Assembly (NCBI GenBank): GCA_964036045.1
Contig: OZ038378.1
Span: 51,026,001-51,090,000, forward strand
DNA length: 64,000 bases
Direction: 5' to 3'
DNA from: Eutreptiella sp. 'Long Island Sound 2002'
Taxonomy: Eukaryota; Protista; Euglenida
The position numbers were made by a program, and so were the translations under genes. Shown here one piece after another: positions 23,600-36,130 of this stretch (its first letter is position 1; each line of letters starts with the position of its first letter). Under the pieces are notes generated by a model. That model did no database searches. It was not told the DNA's origin and saw only the letters and a list, made by a program, of their open reading frames with translations.

Positions 23600-24918
23600 T
23601 TGATGCAAGGTGCACCCATGGGAGGCGGCGGCACCCGTTCATTTTTGTGCCTCTAAGTGCCTCAATACCCATGTGGAAGACATCATGCAGCCCACAGTCT
23701 TCACCGCTGCCGACCGTTTCACCGTGATGGGAGTTGGGTGTCCCCACCCCTCCTTCCACAACCCCAGCGCCAGCCATCCCATCTCCAACGCCCCCATTAC
23801 CACCGATGAGCGCCTCCTGGCGTCAGGGTACCGCCAGTCCTTCCCCGCCATCTCCCGTCTCATGTGGATGTGGTTGCAGGCTCTTGGCAACTAGGGAATG
23901 GCGTATGGAATGGTTGGAGACGGTGGACATGCACGCCGTAGGTGAGGGGGGTCGCAGGTATCAGACCAAGGCAACGAATCAGGCCAACTGGTTGTCTAAC
24001 TATCTCGAGCTGAATTTGGTTGCCCATCTCAGGGAGGGCATCCCAGAGCTTGATGGTTTGGAAGCCATGTGTCCCAAACTCTTTACCGATGGGATGCTCC
24101 CCGCCGGAAGGGCTTCCACATCCGGCATGGGGATTTTTCGTTGGGACACTGCATGGCGGGGCAGATTTTGGTGCCGATGATTCCATTGACGCTCTGCCCC
24201 CAAAGCAAGTCGCTTCAGGCATGTCCAAGAGCCCAAGGGGGGTATCATGCTTCTAACCGGTGGGACGTTGTTATTTGGCTGATTAGGAGTCGAACCGTGC
24301 GCTGCGAGACGGCAATCCAATGCGAAGCAAGTAGACCCGGCCGGATGCTTTTCATTATGTTTGTGCCGGCGGGTCTCCGCACACGTATGGTGACGGCCGA
24401 ACCGGAGGCGCTTATGGAGTTAATTAATGCAGTCGGTGCCAGCGATGCATGCCTTGCTAGTGGAGATCCAGGAGGAAAAGCAGAAGGCGAAGGTGGTGAA
24501 GGAGATAAGGGAGAAGGAGGAGCTGGTGACGGTGGAGGAAACGGAGAAGGAGAAGGAGAGGGAGGAGGAGAAGGAGAAGCACAAGCAGGAGAAGGAGGAG
24601 GAGAAGGTGAAGGACAAGGAGGAGATGGAGGAGGAGAAGGAAAATAAGGAGGAGGAAAAGGAGAAGGGGAAGGAGGAGAAGGAGGAGGTGAAGGAGTCGC
24701 AAGAGAAGGAGATGAAGAAGGAGAAGGAGAAGGAGAGGGGGAAGGTGGATGAGGAGGGGGAAACGGTGAAGGACGCGGAGGCTCGAAAGAAGGAGGGGGG
24801 CACACACATGGAGGATGCTGGGGGAGCGGTGCCCGAACGGCAACATGGCATCACTTATGCCATTCCCCTTTCTAGGAAGGAGACGGATGTAATGGGCAGT
24901 CCCGGCGAACAGCCTTAG
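23600..24918 (+). pseudogene. Possible second 2OG-Fe(II) dioxygenase-like gene followed by an E/K-rich low-complexity tail
   Basis: Across a frameshift it reads CPKLFTDGMLP..KGFHIRHGDF...ILVPMIPLT...DVVIW...GRMLFIMF. ORF 24427-24918 is E/K-rich and corresponds to the GA-rich tract at 24480-24795. Confidence 0.35.
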
Positions 24919-25524
24919 GCCAACGGGGACATTGTGGAACGCACGCCGCTGATCATCTGCACCCCTTTCACTGCCTACCTGTCCCAGCCCCGCATCCCGG
25001 TGAAGCCCAACGTTCCTTAAACGGGTTCTCCACGCTCCACGCTCACCGTTGGTGGTTCCCCCCGCCGGACGCCACAACGTCGTGCCGCGCAAATGAAGAG
25101 TCTCGCACGCTTGCATTTGTGTTTGCCGTCCTGGGGGCAACACTCATCTGCGACCCCCGCTCCGAGATGATGTCTCGGGCGCGGGTGGCCACGTTCAGTG
25201 CTCCGTTGTGCAGACAGGACGCGCAGCTAAGCGGCCTCGTGACGATTGACAAGGGCACAAAGGAAGTTACTTGTGCCTGCTCTAAAAAGGTATTCCTCTT
25301 GCTGAGTGACTTGCTTCCAATGCTCCATCCTCTCCATAGTGTTTCCCAATCCTTGACTTGGCGCGCGCCAAATCTTGACTTAACTGGCGCCAACTTCCTT
25401 TCAAGTGTGTGCCACTTTTTCACAACACTTCCCATGCTACATGTTTTCGTTCTAAGATGAGGATCCATTTGCTGAACTTTGGGATGGAGATTGAGGCCGT
25501 GCCGGTTCCCCCCCCCTCCCCTCC

Positions 25525-25989
25525 GTGGCGGGGGGGCTACTGCCGGATGTGGCGGTTGTGCAAAGTGACCCGGCCTCTCCGTGGTCGCCGGAAGGAGAGG
25601 TGGACCGGGCGGTGCCGGAGGTACCAGGGCTGGAATCCTACGAAGAAAACTTCAAGGGAAAACCCAATTTCACGAAGGTGATCAGCCGGGAGGCTACGGT
25701 GGTGGAGCTTGATGACGATGAAGGCCACGGTGTCGCCCAGCTCTACCGTTCGCACGTGGTGCAGCGAGGGGCGGAGCAATCGTTGTTGGTGACTTCCCCC
25801 TTTTGGGGAGTTTTGCCAAGACGGGGTTTTGAGCCATATGAGGTGGCTGCCATGCCCTTCATCCACTTGAAGCGCCCCTCCACCGACCACTGCCTGATTT
25901 TGTGCCATCTTGACCATCTTGCTTGCCTTCAGCGCTGGAAACAAGCGAAGTGGAGTCACGTACCGGACCTGAGGGGGGGCCAGGATTGA
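25525..25989 (+). CDS. Hypothetical protein fragment
   Basis: 154-aa ORF with protein-like composition (YEENFKGKPNFTKVISREATVVEL). No family was recognised. Confidence 0.3.
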   Translation: MAGGLLPDVAVVQSDPASPWSPEGEVDRAVPEVPGLESYEENFKGKPNFTKVISREATVVELDDDEGHGVAQLYRSHVVQRGAEQSLLVTSPFWGVLPRRGFEPYEVAAMPFIHLKRPSTDHCLILCHLDHLACLQRWKQAKWSHVPDLRGGQD

Positions 25990-27589
25990 CCAAGGCCTCC
26001 TATGCTTTTCCGTTGCGTTACAGCAAACTTCTTGAGGGCATGAAAACGGGCAAAGGGGGAGACCGTGCGTCTGAGGGTGCGCTTGAGAATAAGGGTCGGG
26101 ATAGGGTGTCTCAGCGGAGTGGCCCCTCGAAGCAGCCCCGGCGTAAGGGCAAGAAGGGCAAGGAGGGCACCGTTGTGGAGGGTGAGGCAGAGCAGAATGT
26201 TTCAGAAGCCGCGTAAGTTATATTTATGCAAGCCTAAGTAGCTTTGTTGCAATCTGCACTCGACGTTAGACGAAGGGAAGTGAGGATGCGCAAGAGGCTT
26301 TGAAGTTTAAGCGCGTTTTGTTGGAGAGGAGCGAGAAGGCTGGGGACAAGAGAAGGGATGTGTTAAAAAGGGCACTGCATCAAGCACCGCGCACCTTTGG
26401 CGTTGATGGCGGTACTGCAGTTGCACCTTCTTGTGATGTTGGTTGTGAGAGCAGTGACAACAGTGACTTTTGAGTGTATTTGCAAGCAGCCGCTGTTGAG
26501 ATACATAGTGCGCTCAACGCGTGCCGCCATGTTGCAATCACCCTGGGGGCCAACACAGACGTAGTCAAAGAGACACAAAACACTTTTCAGGCCGACCCCT
26601 TGTGTGCGCTGCTCGATCCCGCCAAGACGCCTAGGGCGGAAGGGCGTGAGGGCCGTCCGAGGCACGGCTCGGGCTTAGAGATTGCTTTTGGGTCTTAAGA
26701 GAAGGCCCCCAAACGGCCTCGGAAGTAAAGTTTATTCCTTTGTCCTTGGCTCTTAGGAACCCAATTTGTCGTGTATGTGTGTGTCGAGGTTAGGCTGGCT
26801 CTAGGGCTTTTTGAGGGCAAGGAAAGCAACGGAAATGTCCATTTTTCCTAGTTGCATTAGGTTTGCGTGTAGACCCGCATTGCACAATCTGGCTCCATTG
26901 TCATACGTGTTCAGCATGTGTTGCACGAAGCGATACAAGCAAGCCACAACGTCCCGCGTCTCGCGCCCGTTGTGCACGCTTCTAACGTGTGGCTCCACAC
27001 TTGTTGCCGGTGTCCGATTCCTTGTTAATTGTGTTCTCGGTGTCCTACAGCACTTGTGCACTCTTTGCGGTGCATGTCTGAGCTCTGTCTGCCAGCAAAT
27101 GAGTCTGTTCCGCCCTGAGTGCTACGCCGCCGTGGTGTAGAGCGGCCTAGCACGGTGTGCACATTAGTGGCTTGCCCTCCAGGTGGTGGTGTGGTGGCTC
27201 TGCACTTGTTCCTAGCGCCGAATTGCCTGTTCAGCGCGTTCTCAGTGCCCCGCACATGTGCATGCTTTTTTTTCCTTGCTGTGCACTATGTGCCATGTTG
27301 CCCTTGTACCCCACTTAGTACCAGTTGCCCCACACAACTCTGACTGAGTGCGACCCCATTCCGTGCTGCGACGTCACGAAGGACCATAATGCGGAGGTGG
27401 TTTAAGTGAAGCAACAGACATGTATGTTTGCAATGTTGGAGTTGTAGCCGTCATCCTCGTTTGCACCATCTTTGTCCGTTCCTTTGTGTTGTTCTGCGTG
27501 CCGCCTCTCATTTTGTCCTTTGCGCCTTTGTGTGGTTTGCACGTTTTGCACGTTCCGCACGCTGCCTCTTTGTATGTCCCTAGTGACTG

Positions 27590-30120
27590 CACACCTTCGG
27601 TGCAGCGGGGTACCATGCTGGCTGGGTGCCGGGCATGGTACATGGAACTACCCGACAAAAAGACCAAGACAAATCAGTGGGTGCTGATGCTGACATAGGC
27701 CTGCAACTACATTGTTCGGACAATCAAGGAGAAAGGGGGCAAGACCGAGGGCACCCGATCCTAGGTACATTTTGGTTACTCCCTGGTGTGGAGTATTTGA
27801 GCATGATTCCATGTTGTGTATCCACGCTATCTCTTGCACTTCTCACGAGGGCACAGTGGCCATCATCGTTGATAAGATCCGTGCTGGATCATCCTGCGGT
27901 TTTGTCCCCGATGAACATGAACACGTACGTGCAGTGTGTGTTCCGGACGTTCCGGGTGTTCTGTTTTTTGTGTCCCCCGAGCCACTACCAGACATGGTAT
28001 GTGTTTTCTGCGCCGCACGCATTGTCCACGTTACCGTCCTTGGTGCCGTTTTTCCCGTTGTACGCGTTGTGTGCGTCCTACAGGGGGGAAAAAAGCACAA
28101 CAAGGACAAAAGGGAGAAGAAGAAGCACAGGGAAGAAAACGAAGACGAGAGGAACGACAAGGTGGTAAACGAAGACAAGAGGGGGGAGCAGAAAGAAGAA
28201 GCAAAGGCGAGAAAGAAGAAGACTGCAAAGAAGGAGGCAAGGAATCAGGAGGAGAAGAATGACCCGAAGGGGAAGTCGTAGAGGATCGTGGCGGACGGCG
28301 ATGCTGCTTCCGGTCCAGAGGAGGCTCAGAAGATCAAGGCGGAGCCAGCCCGGATGGCAGCTCTCCCCCGTCGCGCCCCACGCTCCACACACCTAGAGGT
28401 GAGGAGTGCCCCGCCATTGCCATGCGGTACTGCCAGCGGCACTAGCACCAGGAGGGGCAGCAACAACAACAACACCAATAGTAGCACTGGCAGCTCAAAC
28501 AGCAGCAACAAAAGCGAGGTCAGTATTGCGAAGAGCCCAGTGCATAACAAGGGGGCCTCATAGGCGGCATAGACGGAGGCGCTGGAGAAGGGGCAGGCGA
28601 AGGGGAATCCCCATTTCCTAGTGGAGACCAATGGCGGCCCGCCAAGCAAGCTCCACGTTGGCCAAATAAGAAAGGAGAAGTTCACACGATCGGCGAAGTA
28701 AGCGCGGTCCATCGATATTGTCAAGAATTTCTTCAGTAACGAGTACGGTCATTCGCTAGGTACTTTCGGCCACCACAACAACAGCTGTTGTGGGCAGTTG
28801 TAGTCAGCAATTTCGGCTGAAGGAATGTGTGTGCACTGCAGTCTGTGTGTTGTGCATGGGGGCTCTCGTTGTGTCATTGGGGTCATTCCTTTGCATTCCG
28901 CGCGAAGAATTTGTTGCGCATGTGGTCTTTGTGTGTGTCCCTTGAGACCTTCGTGTCGTTCAGCGCCTATTTCGTGTTCTGCAGTGCGTCAAGTTCTCGG
29001 CCTCGCCGCCAATATGCTGAGCCGTGCGCATCCCTGTACGATCCAAGCTGTGTAGTTCTGTGGAACGAAGAACTGCAGCTCGGTCACAAAGGCAATGGAG
29101 CATTTCAAGACAATATGCCGCCAAGGGTATTCTCCGTCCAGTTGGCGATTGCAGCAGTGGGTTCATGGTGGCCGGGGAATTCGAGACGGAGGACCCCAAG
29201 TCAAAACCAGAAGTCCTTCGGCAAGAAAGCCCTTCTGGACGTGAGGCCCAGGGCGTTCTCGGTAGTCGTGACGAGCGTGGGCACGGGCGTTGGGGGGCCG
29301 AGCTCGGACATTTCGGACACAGCCTTCCACATCAAGGATGTGATGGACATGGATCGAGACGAGTTAATCTAGAAGCACAACCCCACCCTCCGTGCAGCTG
29401 GGCTGTTGAGGTGCATGCTCGACGCGGACCAGCAGATAATAGAGGAGCCCGAGTAGGAGATGTGGAGTCTTATGCGGCACACAGAGTCCCAAGAATATCA
29501 AGCTTGGAAGCGCCACAAGGTGTGGTGCTTTTTGTGCAACCCATGTGATACACACTGTCTCTTTCACCGTCCCTGGCGCCGGCCTTGTTTGATCAGCGCA
29601 TTCAGGATGTTTCGTGTGTTGCCTCTCATTTTGACTCCGTGGTCAAGAACCGTGTTCTTTGCGCCTACTATGTATTCTATGCCGCAAGCTAACTACCGTC
29701 TATGATGTCCGCACAGGTGCCACCGGTGCCGGAATTTCGTCCATAGTACCCGCCAAATGGGTGATATCCGCCGTATGCGCAACCGCAGCTGCCAGCGCAG
29801 TCGGACCGCGAAGGAGGGCCGTGGAATTACCCCATGCAGTAGGAGGCGGATTTCGAGGAACGGGTGGAGAACTCGCCCTATCGGGACCGGATCCAACGCC
29901 ACCGCCGCACCACTATCCCCCCCCCCCCCACCAGCACTACACCACTAGTACCCCCGGCCGCCGCCACACCAGCAAGCCGCCCACCACCCCCAAATGCCTC
30001 ACCTCTGCCGGAGGACCAAGATCCGTCGATCACAGAGGAGGACCACGTCGCAGCCGCGGCGCAAGTGACCAAAGATGAAGTGGCGGACGGTAGTGGCGAC
30101 CTAGGTCACAGGGGCGTGTA
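27590..30120 (+). pseudogene. 'Gene X' copy 2
   Basis: AAGYHAGWV matches TAGWHAAWV, AKGNPHFLVETNGGPPSKLHVGQIRKEKF matches ARGNVSFAIGGEGPQKSISVAPTRAEKF, EDPKSKPEV matches EEPKSKQEL, and RAAGLL..EMWSLMRHTE matches RMAGLM..GAWSLVRTRE. Introns lie near 27925-28083 and at 28827-28984 (ends CGTGTTCTGCAG). Confidence 0.7.
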
Positions 30121-30289
30121 GCACGTGAGCTGTGCGTTTGACGTGTTCTGCGCTCCGTCTCTCATAGTGCCCCTTGCTCTTTAGTCCCGTGTGCATAGTG
30201 TTCAACACGTTCTGCGCACTGCGTCTTGGTATGTCCGTGGTGACTACACACGTGTCCTACATGTTCTGGGCGTTCAGCACAATTGCTAA

Positions 30290-30859
30290 CCTTGGTCATG
30301 ATGATGAAGGAGTCTTGATGTGGAGAAGGACAACAACAGCGACTTGGACATGTACATTCAGTTCTCCGAAGGGAAAGGATACGTGTGGCCGGACCTCGAT
30401 GAGGAACGTGGACAACAGTCGTCCCATCCATTCTTTTCATACACCCTTAGTGTCATATTCGCCGCAACATGACTCAAAGAGGCGGACCTTGCTGCCACGC
30501 CCGGTGTGGAGGTAGACGTCGAAGACATAGCCCCCCCTTATTGTCCGCAAGGACGTACAATTTGATGCTTGTAGAATGGGGCCTACGGCCAATGTACTTG
30601 ATAGCTCCAGGCACCGGCCACCAGTGTGGGGAACCAGAGCCTCGTTCCCACAAACCGCCCCACTAATTTTCCATGCGGCGCTCCATGTGGCGTTGCACTC
30701 CTGAAAAAAATCCGTTACATTGGTCCCTACTAACTTTCGTAGACGGGAGTAGTTTTCTGGGGGTACTAGGGACGGTATATACTTGTCGTATGCAAGGTGG
30801 CTCTTGTCCCATATCCCGTCTACCTGCATGGGACGTACCATTCGCAAGCACATAAGCAA
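30290..30859 (-). pseudogene. piggyBac-like transposase fragment (N-terminal/core)
   Basis: LRMVRPMQVDGIWDKSHLAYDKY and GGYVFDVYLHTGRG align with LGMVRPMQIDGISERDGLLYNPF and SGYVVDMYLYTGRRG of the 10.4-11.9 kb copy. Confidence 0.8.
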
Positions 30860-31568
30860 ATCATTGTACGACGCAGCTCATAGTGTTGTAGCACCCATAC
30901 AACACATTGTACATGCTGCACGTGTGTACAGTGATGCTTTTGGGATTGCCCCTCGGGCCTAGAGACACGATGTGCGATGAAATGCGTCCTACATCGATCT
31001 CAATGGTATGGGCCAGCCTAGCGACACCATCTTTGTGTTGTTTGCCCCCTACAACGATTCTGCTCCGTGGGAACTGCGTGCACGTCCCGCACAACATACT
31101 TTTCCACCCATGGGAACAGGGATCGATGGTTGGTTTCGAGTAGGATTGCACACTACACGGCACATATGGGTCACAGCACATGCTTCCACATCTCATCTAG
31201 GGAAAGGCAGCATACGTTTGATCTTCCTGGTACACCATGTAGCAGATTTGCAGCACAGTCCGCACGCTATAGGGGTCCCAATTTGAACTTCTCTATTGAG
31301 GACATGTTGTTGAGCTGTGCATACCAAGGTCGGGGTCCTTAGCAGTTCGATTATGATAGGTGTAGAGAAGGCAAAACGCGTGGGACACTAAAAGCGTCCC
31401 CGGAGCCATGAACAGAGACAACACCTGGAACTATTAACGCGCGGGACAATGCCACTTGGCGCCCGAAACAGGATCGAAGCCAACGTGCGTAACACGTAGA
31501 GGACCAAGAACGCGGGGACACCACATTTTTCTTAGCAGCTTGTTGAGCGTGATAGTCCGGGTGCCTCA

Positions 31569-32425
31569 GTGGCAACCATCGACGAAAGACGCGGGGCCAC
31601 AAGGGCCATAATACATGAGGCTGCAATTGCCATTAATTATGTTAGCGCCGCTAGCAATGTGGTGTCTGTTGTGTGCACACGTGCTGTGACCATGATGGAG
31701 GATTATCCCTCCGTCCACGGCCCTTTGTGTGGACAGCTTCCGGGACGTCATGGGTCCGTTGATCATTTCGCGGCACAACGCCGGCCGTTTCTCATGCTCT
31801 CCAAGCGCGATAAGTGAGATGCGTCACCTACAAGGGCGGCCTAGGAGGGCGACGTGGCACGGGCAACTGTGGCTGACAAAGACTTGCTGTGTACAAGAAC
31901 CCTAAGGTGGGACACAAACCCCGACGCTTGGTCCCCTTCCTTACCAATTGTTGATATGGGGAGGAGGTGCCCAAAACCCGGAGAGGGAACCCTCTCCCTC
32001 CGTTCGTGGCGTGTTACCGGGAGTTCTCCTGTGCCGTAGATGGTGCTAACTAAATGGCACTGCAAATGAGCCAATTGGGGAGGCAAATGACGTGGAGCCA
32101 CGCTTTGCGTGCCCTCATGGTGCGGTACGCGGCTGGGAATGCCTTTGCCACCGCCAAGCCATTGCGGTTTGTGGACGACAACACAACCATGTTGGAAGTC
32201 CAATGGGACATCCTTAGGTGGCGGTACTTTAGCGGCGCGGAGTTCAACAACACATCACCAACCACTGCGGTGCCTACGGTGCATGCACAGGAGCGCCTTG
32301 CGAGCCGCTTGTGCTTGGAGGGTGTTCCGCTTTTACTACGAAGAGCGCGGCTGCGGTGGTATGACGAGCTTCTTGGCCTCAACCGTGCCATAATCCTTCA
32401 TGAATTCAATGATAAAAGGGGCTGA
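31569..32425 (+). pseudogene. piggyBac-like transposase fragment (C-terminal half)
   Basis: PFLMLSKR and MALQMSQLGRQMTWSHALRALMVRYAAGNAFAT align with AFLMMTKR and MALQMRQMGRQRTWSHAVCALVRRYAVVNAYAT. Confidence 0.8.
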
Positions 32426-32429
32426 TTGC

Positions 32430-33070
32430 ACATGATTGGCTGTGGGCAGGCATGATTGCACCTGCAATTTCGCGTTCCGAGCGACCATTGGACCGCGGGC
32501 TGCATGGTGTGCATCAGCACGTGCACAATAGGGTGGCTACCAACCTGCGGAGCTTCCATGGATGGCCAAGGGGGAAGGCAGTAAAGTGGTTGCAATTGCT
32601 CTTGCCCCCATACAGCTCCAAGCACGCACGGCCACGTGCCTCTAAATGGAGGATGAGGGGGGAGATAAGAAAAAGGGGTCGCGGCTAGAGCAAACTGCTC
32701 TTGCCGGGTGGGTGAAGAGTTCCTAGAAGTCACGTCTCCTGCAGGCGGAGGATTTTACAATTTTGTCCACGGAATTAGAAACAATGGGGGGTGCCCACAA
32801 GGCTGGTGGAATGTCCGTTACGTTGTGGGCCCATTTGGTCGATACACCATTGTTGGGGTGGGCAAGTAAATGGGTACACATTACAATTGTGTCAGCCATG
32901 AAAGCGGAACGGGGGCACAAGGCTTTAAAGACTGAGATTTCAAAGCACAGTTTTCGAGGTGGAGCTAAAGGCCGCCGGTTTTTCGAGACTACAGGGGGCA
33001 AGAAGGGCAAGGGCTGGGAAGGGTCAACACAAGCGGAAGGGGTGGGGGGAAGCAATCCGCTCGAATAACT
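32430..33070 (+). pseudogene. Transib/RAG1-like transposase C-terminal fragment
   Basis: LWAHLVDTPLLGWASKWVHITIVSAMKAERGHKALKTEI aligns with LWSHFWIDYMYFFARQRRKLSKFSCFAMEGSHRRLKRML (7866-8615). Confidence 0.55.
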
Positions 33071-35544
33071 TGGTTTGGTGCCCATAAAACAAAAAATTGT
33101 CCGTGTGGGAGCAATCAGGGACAAAACAAAAGGGTTATTTTGAAAATAGGGAGGTTCTCAAATGTGCTGAGAAATGACCCCTGCAGGTAACCAAGACGGT
33201 GGTCCCCCAGCAGGGCTTTCATTTGTTTTTGCCTCCTGCCTTCCTCACTTTGGGAAGATGACTAGTATGTGTAGTCCAGACCGTGGGCCCCTAGCACAGC
33301 TGTCATTTGTTTGCGAATGTGTCCCTACGTTATGAGCAATCGTGCCGATGAATCATATAGCTGATTTGATGCACAAAAAGCAGTAGTGAAGTGTTTCTTC
33401 GTGCAAAGTGTGACAGAGAACGTAGGGTAACGAGGCAGCACATGAGGTCTACCGGGGTGTTAGAATGATACTTGATTAATAGCATTTTGGAATTGGCGGG
33501 CGCCAAGTCTCCTTTTGACATCATATGGTGTCGTTGGCCGTAAGACGCCATCATTTACACATGCCTATAGTCAAATAGGTTATCCGGGAGGCCGGCGGCA
33601 TGAAACGACGGGGTTTTTGAGGGATTTGTATTTTGTTTGAACCCAAAAAGGGCCCCTGGCACCAAAGTTTGGGATGTAGTCACGAAAACTCCATCCGCAC
33701 AATTCCGGCAGCATCTGGCAGCAAGATGGTGAAAAGAAATGGGCTTCTTAGTTACAAATGGGCACCATTGAGTCATTCAAACCAAGCACATTCCATTTCT
33801 AGTACATTGTTCTATTTTGAGCCGCAAAGTTTCTATTTTTAGAGCTCCATTATAACTGCCCAGTTTTCCCTTTCTTTGGGGTCCGTTTCTTTCCAGGGTC
33901 GCTCTATTTTGCCGAATTCAATTTCCACAACACTCTATTGTTAGTAACATTTGTTACTATTTTTAGTAGAACATTCTCATCTTACTTTCCACATCCTTGG
34001 CATCTCGGAACATTCTCTCCGGATCCCCGACCATATTTTCGGGTGCTGTACGCAATGGGGATGTCTCTTTGAGCTCATCTCCCTTGTGGTCTCATTTGTA
34101 AAAATTGACGAGCAAGAAAGAAAACCTCGTCCATTGTTTGTGTCTATGCTTGTTATGGTGCAAATCAATCATCCTCCTCCAAGTCTCAATGTATCTTGGA
34201 TGTGATCCACTGTCCTTATGTCTCCGAATGGGGGCACGGTGGTGCAAGGGGTTGATATTGTGCATGGCGCACATCATATACCTAGTTGTGGTCTTTTATG
34301 CACACCGGCCTACTACGTTGCCTCTGTCCATCTTTGATTTGCCGAGCCTCTGAGTAACCCCCCCCCATGTTGTGAGATGGGAGCCATGCACAGAGGTGGA
34401 TTCACAGACGCACCGATGCCTAGGTGCACCGAGTGGAGGGAGGGGGTGCAGTACCTGATTGCATTGGCACATGCACTCCCATTGCTTGTCTAGAGGGCTG
34501 CTGCCAAGCTCCTCTTCCACCAGGACGCTCAGGTCGGTGATCGGTACACTGGGCACAACTGCGTGCCACCCCCACTGTGCCACGACATCCTCCGCCGTCT
34601 GCGGCACCTGGACCGCTCCGAACCAGCCTTGGTTCACAAAAAGCAGGGCCCAGGCACGGTGCGCAGCACCATCTGGCAGCCATCCACTCCAAGGTAGGGG
34701 GTTGGCAAATCGTCATTATGGATGATGCATTGAGGGTACGCCTCGGGCGCTGCCCAACAGGATGTGCACCAAGTGGTGGGGCTGGGTAGTGCGCCATCAA
34801 CAAGGCGCCCCCGGTGGGAAACAGGCAGGACAACATGGTGTCTACCTGCGGTGCGGCACTTGCATCCACCACGGCATGGGCTACTTGCACCCCCACCTCC
34901 TCGATGTCCAACTGGCTTGTTTCTTTGATCTTGGTGAACATAGTGCTAGAGGACACATATTTGTGGTGTGCCTTTTATTCGAAAAGTGGATTCTCTTTTC
35001 GTCCCTCTTGGATCGAAGCTGCAAAAAATGGTGCATAGGGACATGCGCTTTTCGGTGGAGCAGAGACGAAGGCCCTTTGGATTACCTTTACAAAGATGTT
35101 GAGAAGTCCTCCAAGGGGATGTCGCAGGTCGTACAATTGATGGGAAAATCAAGTTGTTGAGCACAAGAGAGAGCTGGTAAAGCAATTGCAGTTGAAGCCA
35201 GCTTTGGTGATGGTCTCTGACATGGCGGTTGTGTCGCTGGGCATGCGAACCCCAATGTTTCCTTGGTACCTACGTTTCACACCGCAAAGCAGTGGCTTTG
35301 TAAAGCCCCCAGTCACGCGCAATGAAACGTTTGCACGAACCATAGCTTCTTGATGATATTCATGTGCTACAAGCCCACACTTCATGGCTAGAGGAGTTTT
35401 ACACGTGTCTCCCTCCCTCACTGTCTCTTGCCGTCTCTCGATAAAACAAGTGGTGACAAGGTACATGAAAGTAATACGTAAAACATGAAGTATGTGTTCA
35501 CACACCTCTCCGAGCAGAAAGTACAACAAGTTGTCCCCCATAGT

Positions 35545-35820
35545 GACTCAGTAGCGGGGGGGGCTTTACTACCTCAATAACGGGGTTACTGAGGCAGCAC
35601 TGGTGGGTCAATAACTCTCTAACTGCCATAGTAACCCCCTCCCTTAGTGCCACACTAAGGGGGTCACTGACCCCATTCTTGACTCAGTAACCCCCTTACT
35701 GTGGTGGTAACGTCCCCTTACTGCAACCCTTTCTCCAACATAAACCCCCTTATTGATCCCCTTTATTGAGGTCACGCTAAATCCTTGTGTGTGTGCCTAT
35801 GGGGGGTTACGAGGGGGTTT
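35545..35820. repeat. Cluster of CTCAGTAACCCC / GGGGTTACTGAG-type motifs
   Basis: gactcagtagcggg, cctcaataacggggttactgagg, ggggtcactgacccc and gactcagtaaccccc. One further copy lies at 34330. Confidence 0.65.
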
Positions 35821-35954
35821 TAGTGGGTTCCTTGCTGTGGCCCCCTTGGTCCCATCTTCCACCCGTCCTCCCTTCTTTGCCATTTGACATTCTGCCGAGT
35901 ATGGTCCTTGCGGAGCTGCTGTTGCAGGACGTCGTCGAGGGTACCAGGGCGCAG

Positions 35955-36130
35955 CGGTTGGCATAGGTGGAATTTGTGCGTGTTGTCACGTTCGACACCC
36001 CGGAGTATGGTGGGCGCGTGGTAGCAATCCCATGCTACGGAATGCTCTGTCAGCGTTGTGGCGGGCCGCGGAGACGACTTGGCATTCGGAGTGCGTGCCC
36101 AAGTACAAGGTACACCCCTCTTACTATTTG
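35955..36130 (+). pseudogene. Degenerate PHD-finger-like segment
   Basis: ICACCHVRH...MLCQRCGG...TWHSECV across a frameshift, giving C-x2-C...C-x2-C...H-x2-C spacing. Confidence 0.35.

Noticed and set aside
24480-24795. GA-rich tract as a functional repeat
   Set aside because: It is adequately explained as coding for an E/K-rich low-complexity tail.
34296-35541. Possible viral or Polinton capsid-like protein
   Set aside because: Only a vague impression from a few residues. There is no convincing motif and no neighbouring viral genes.
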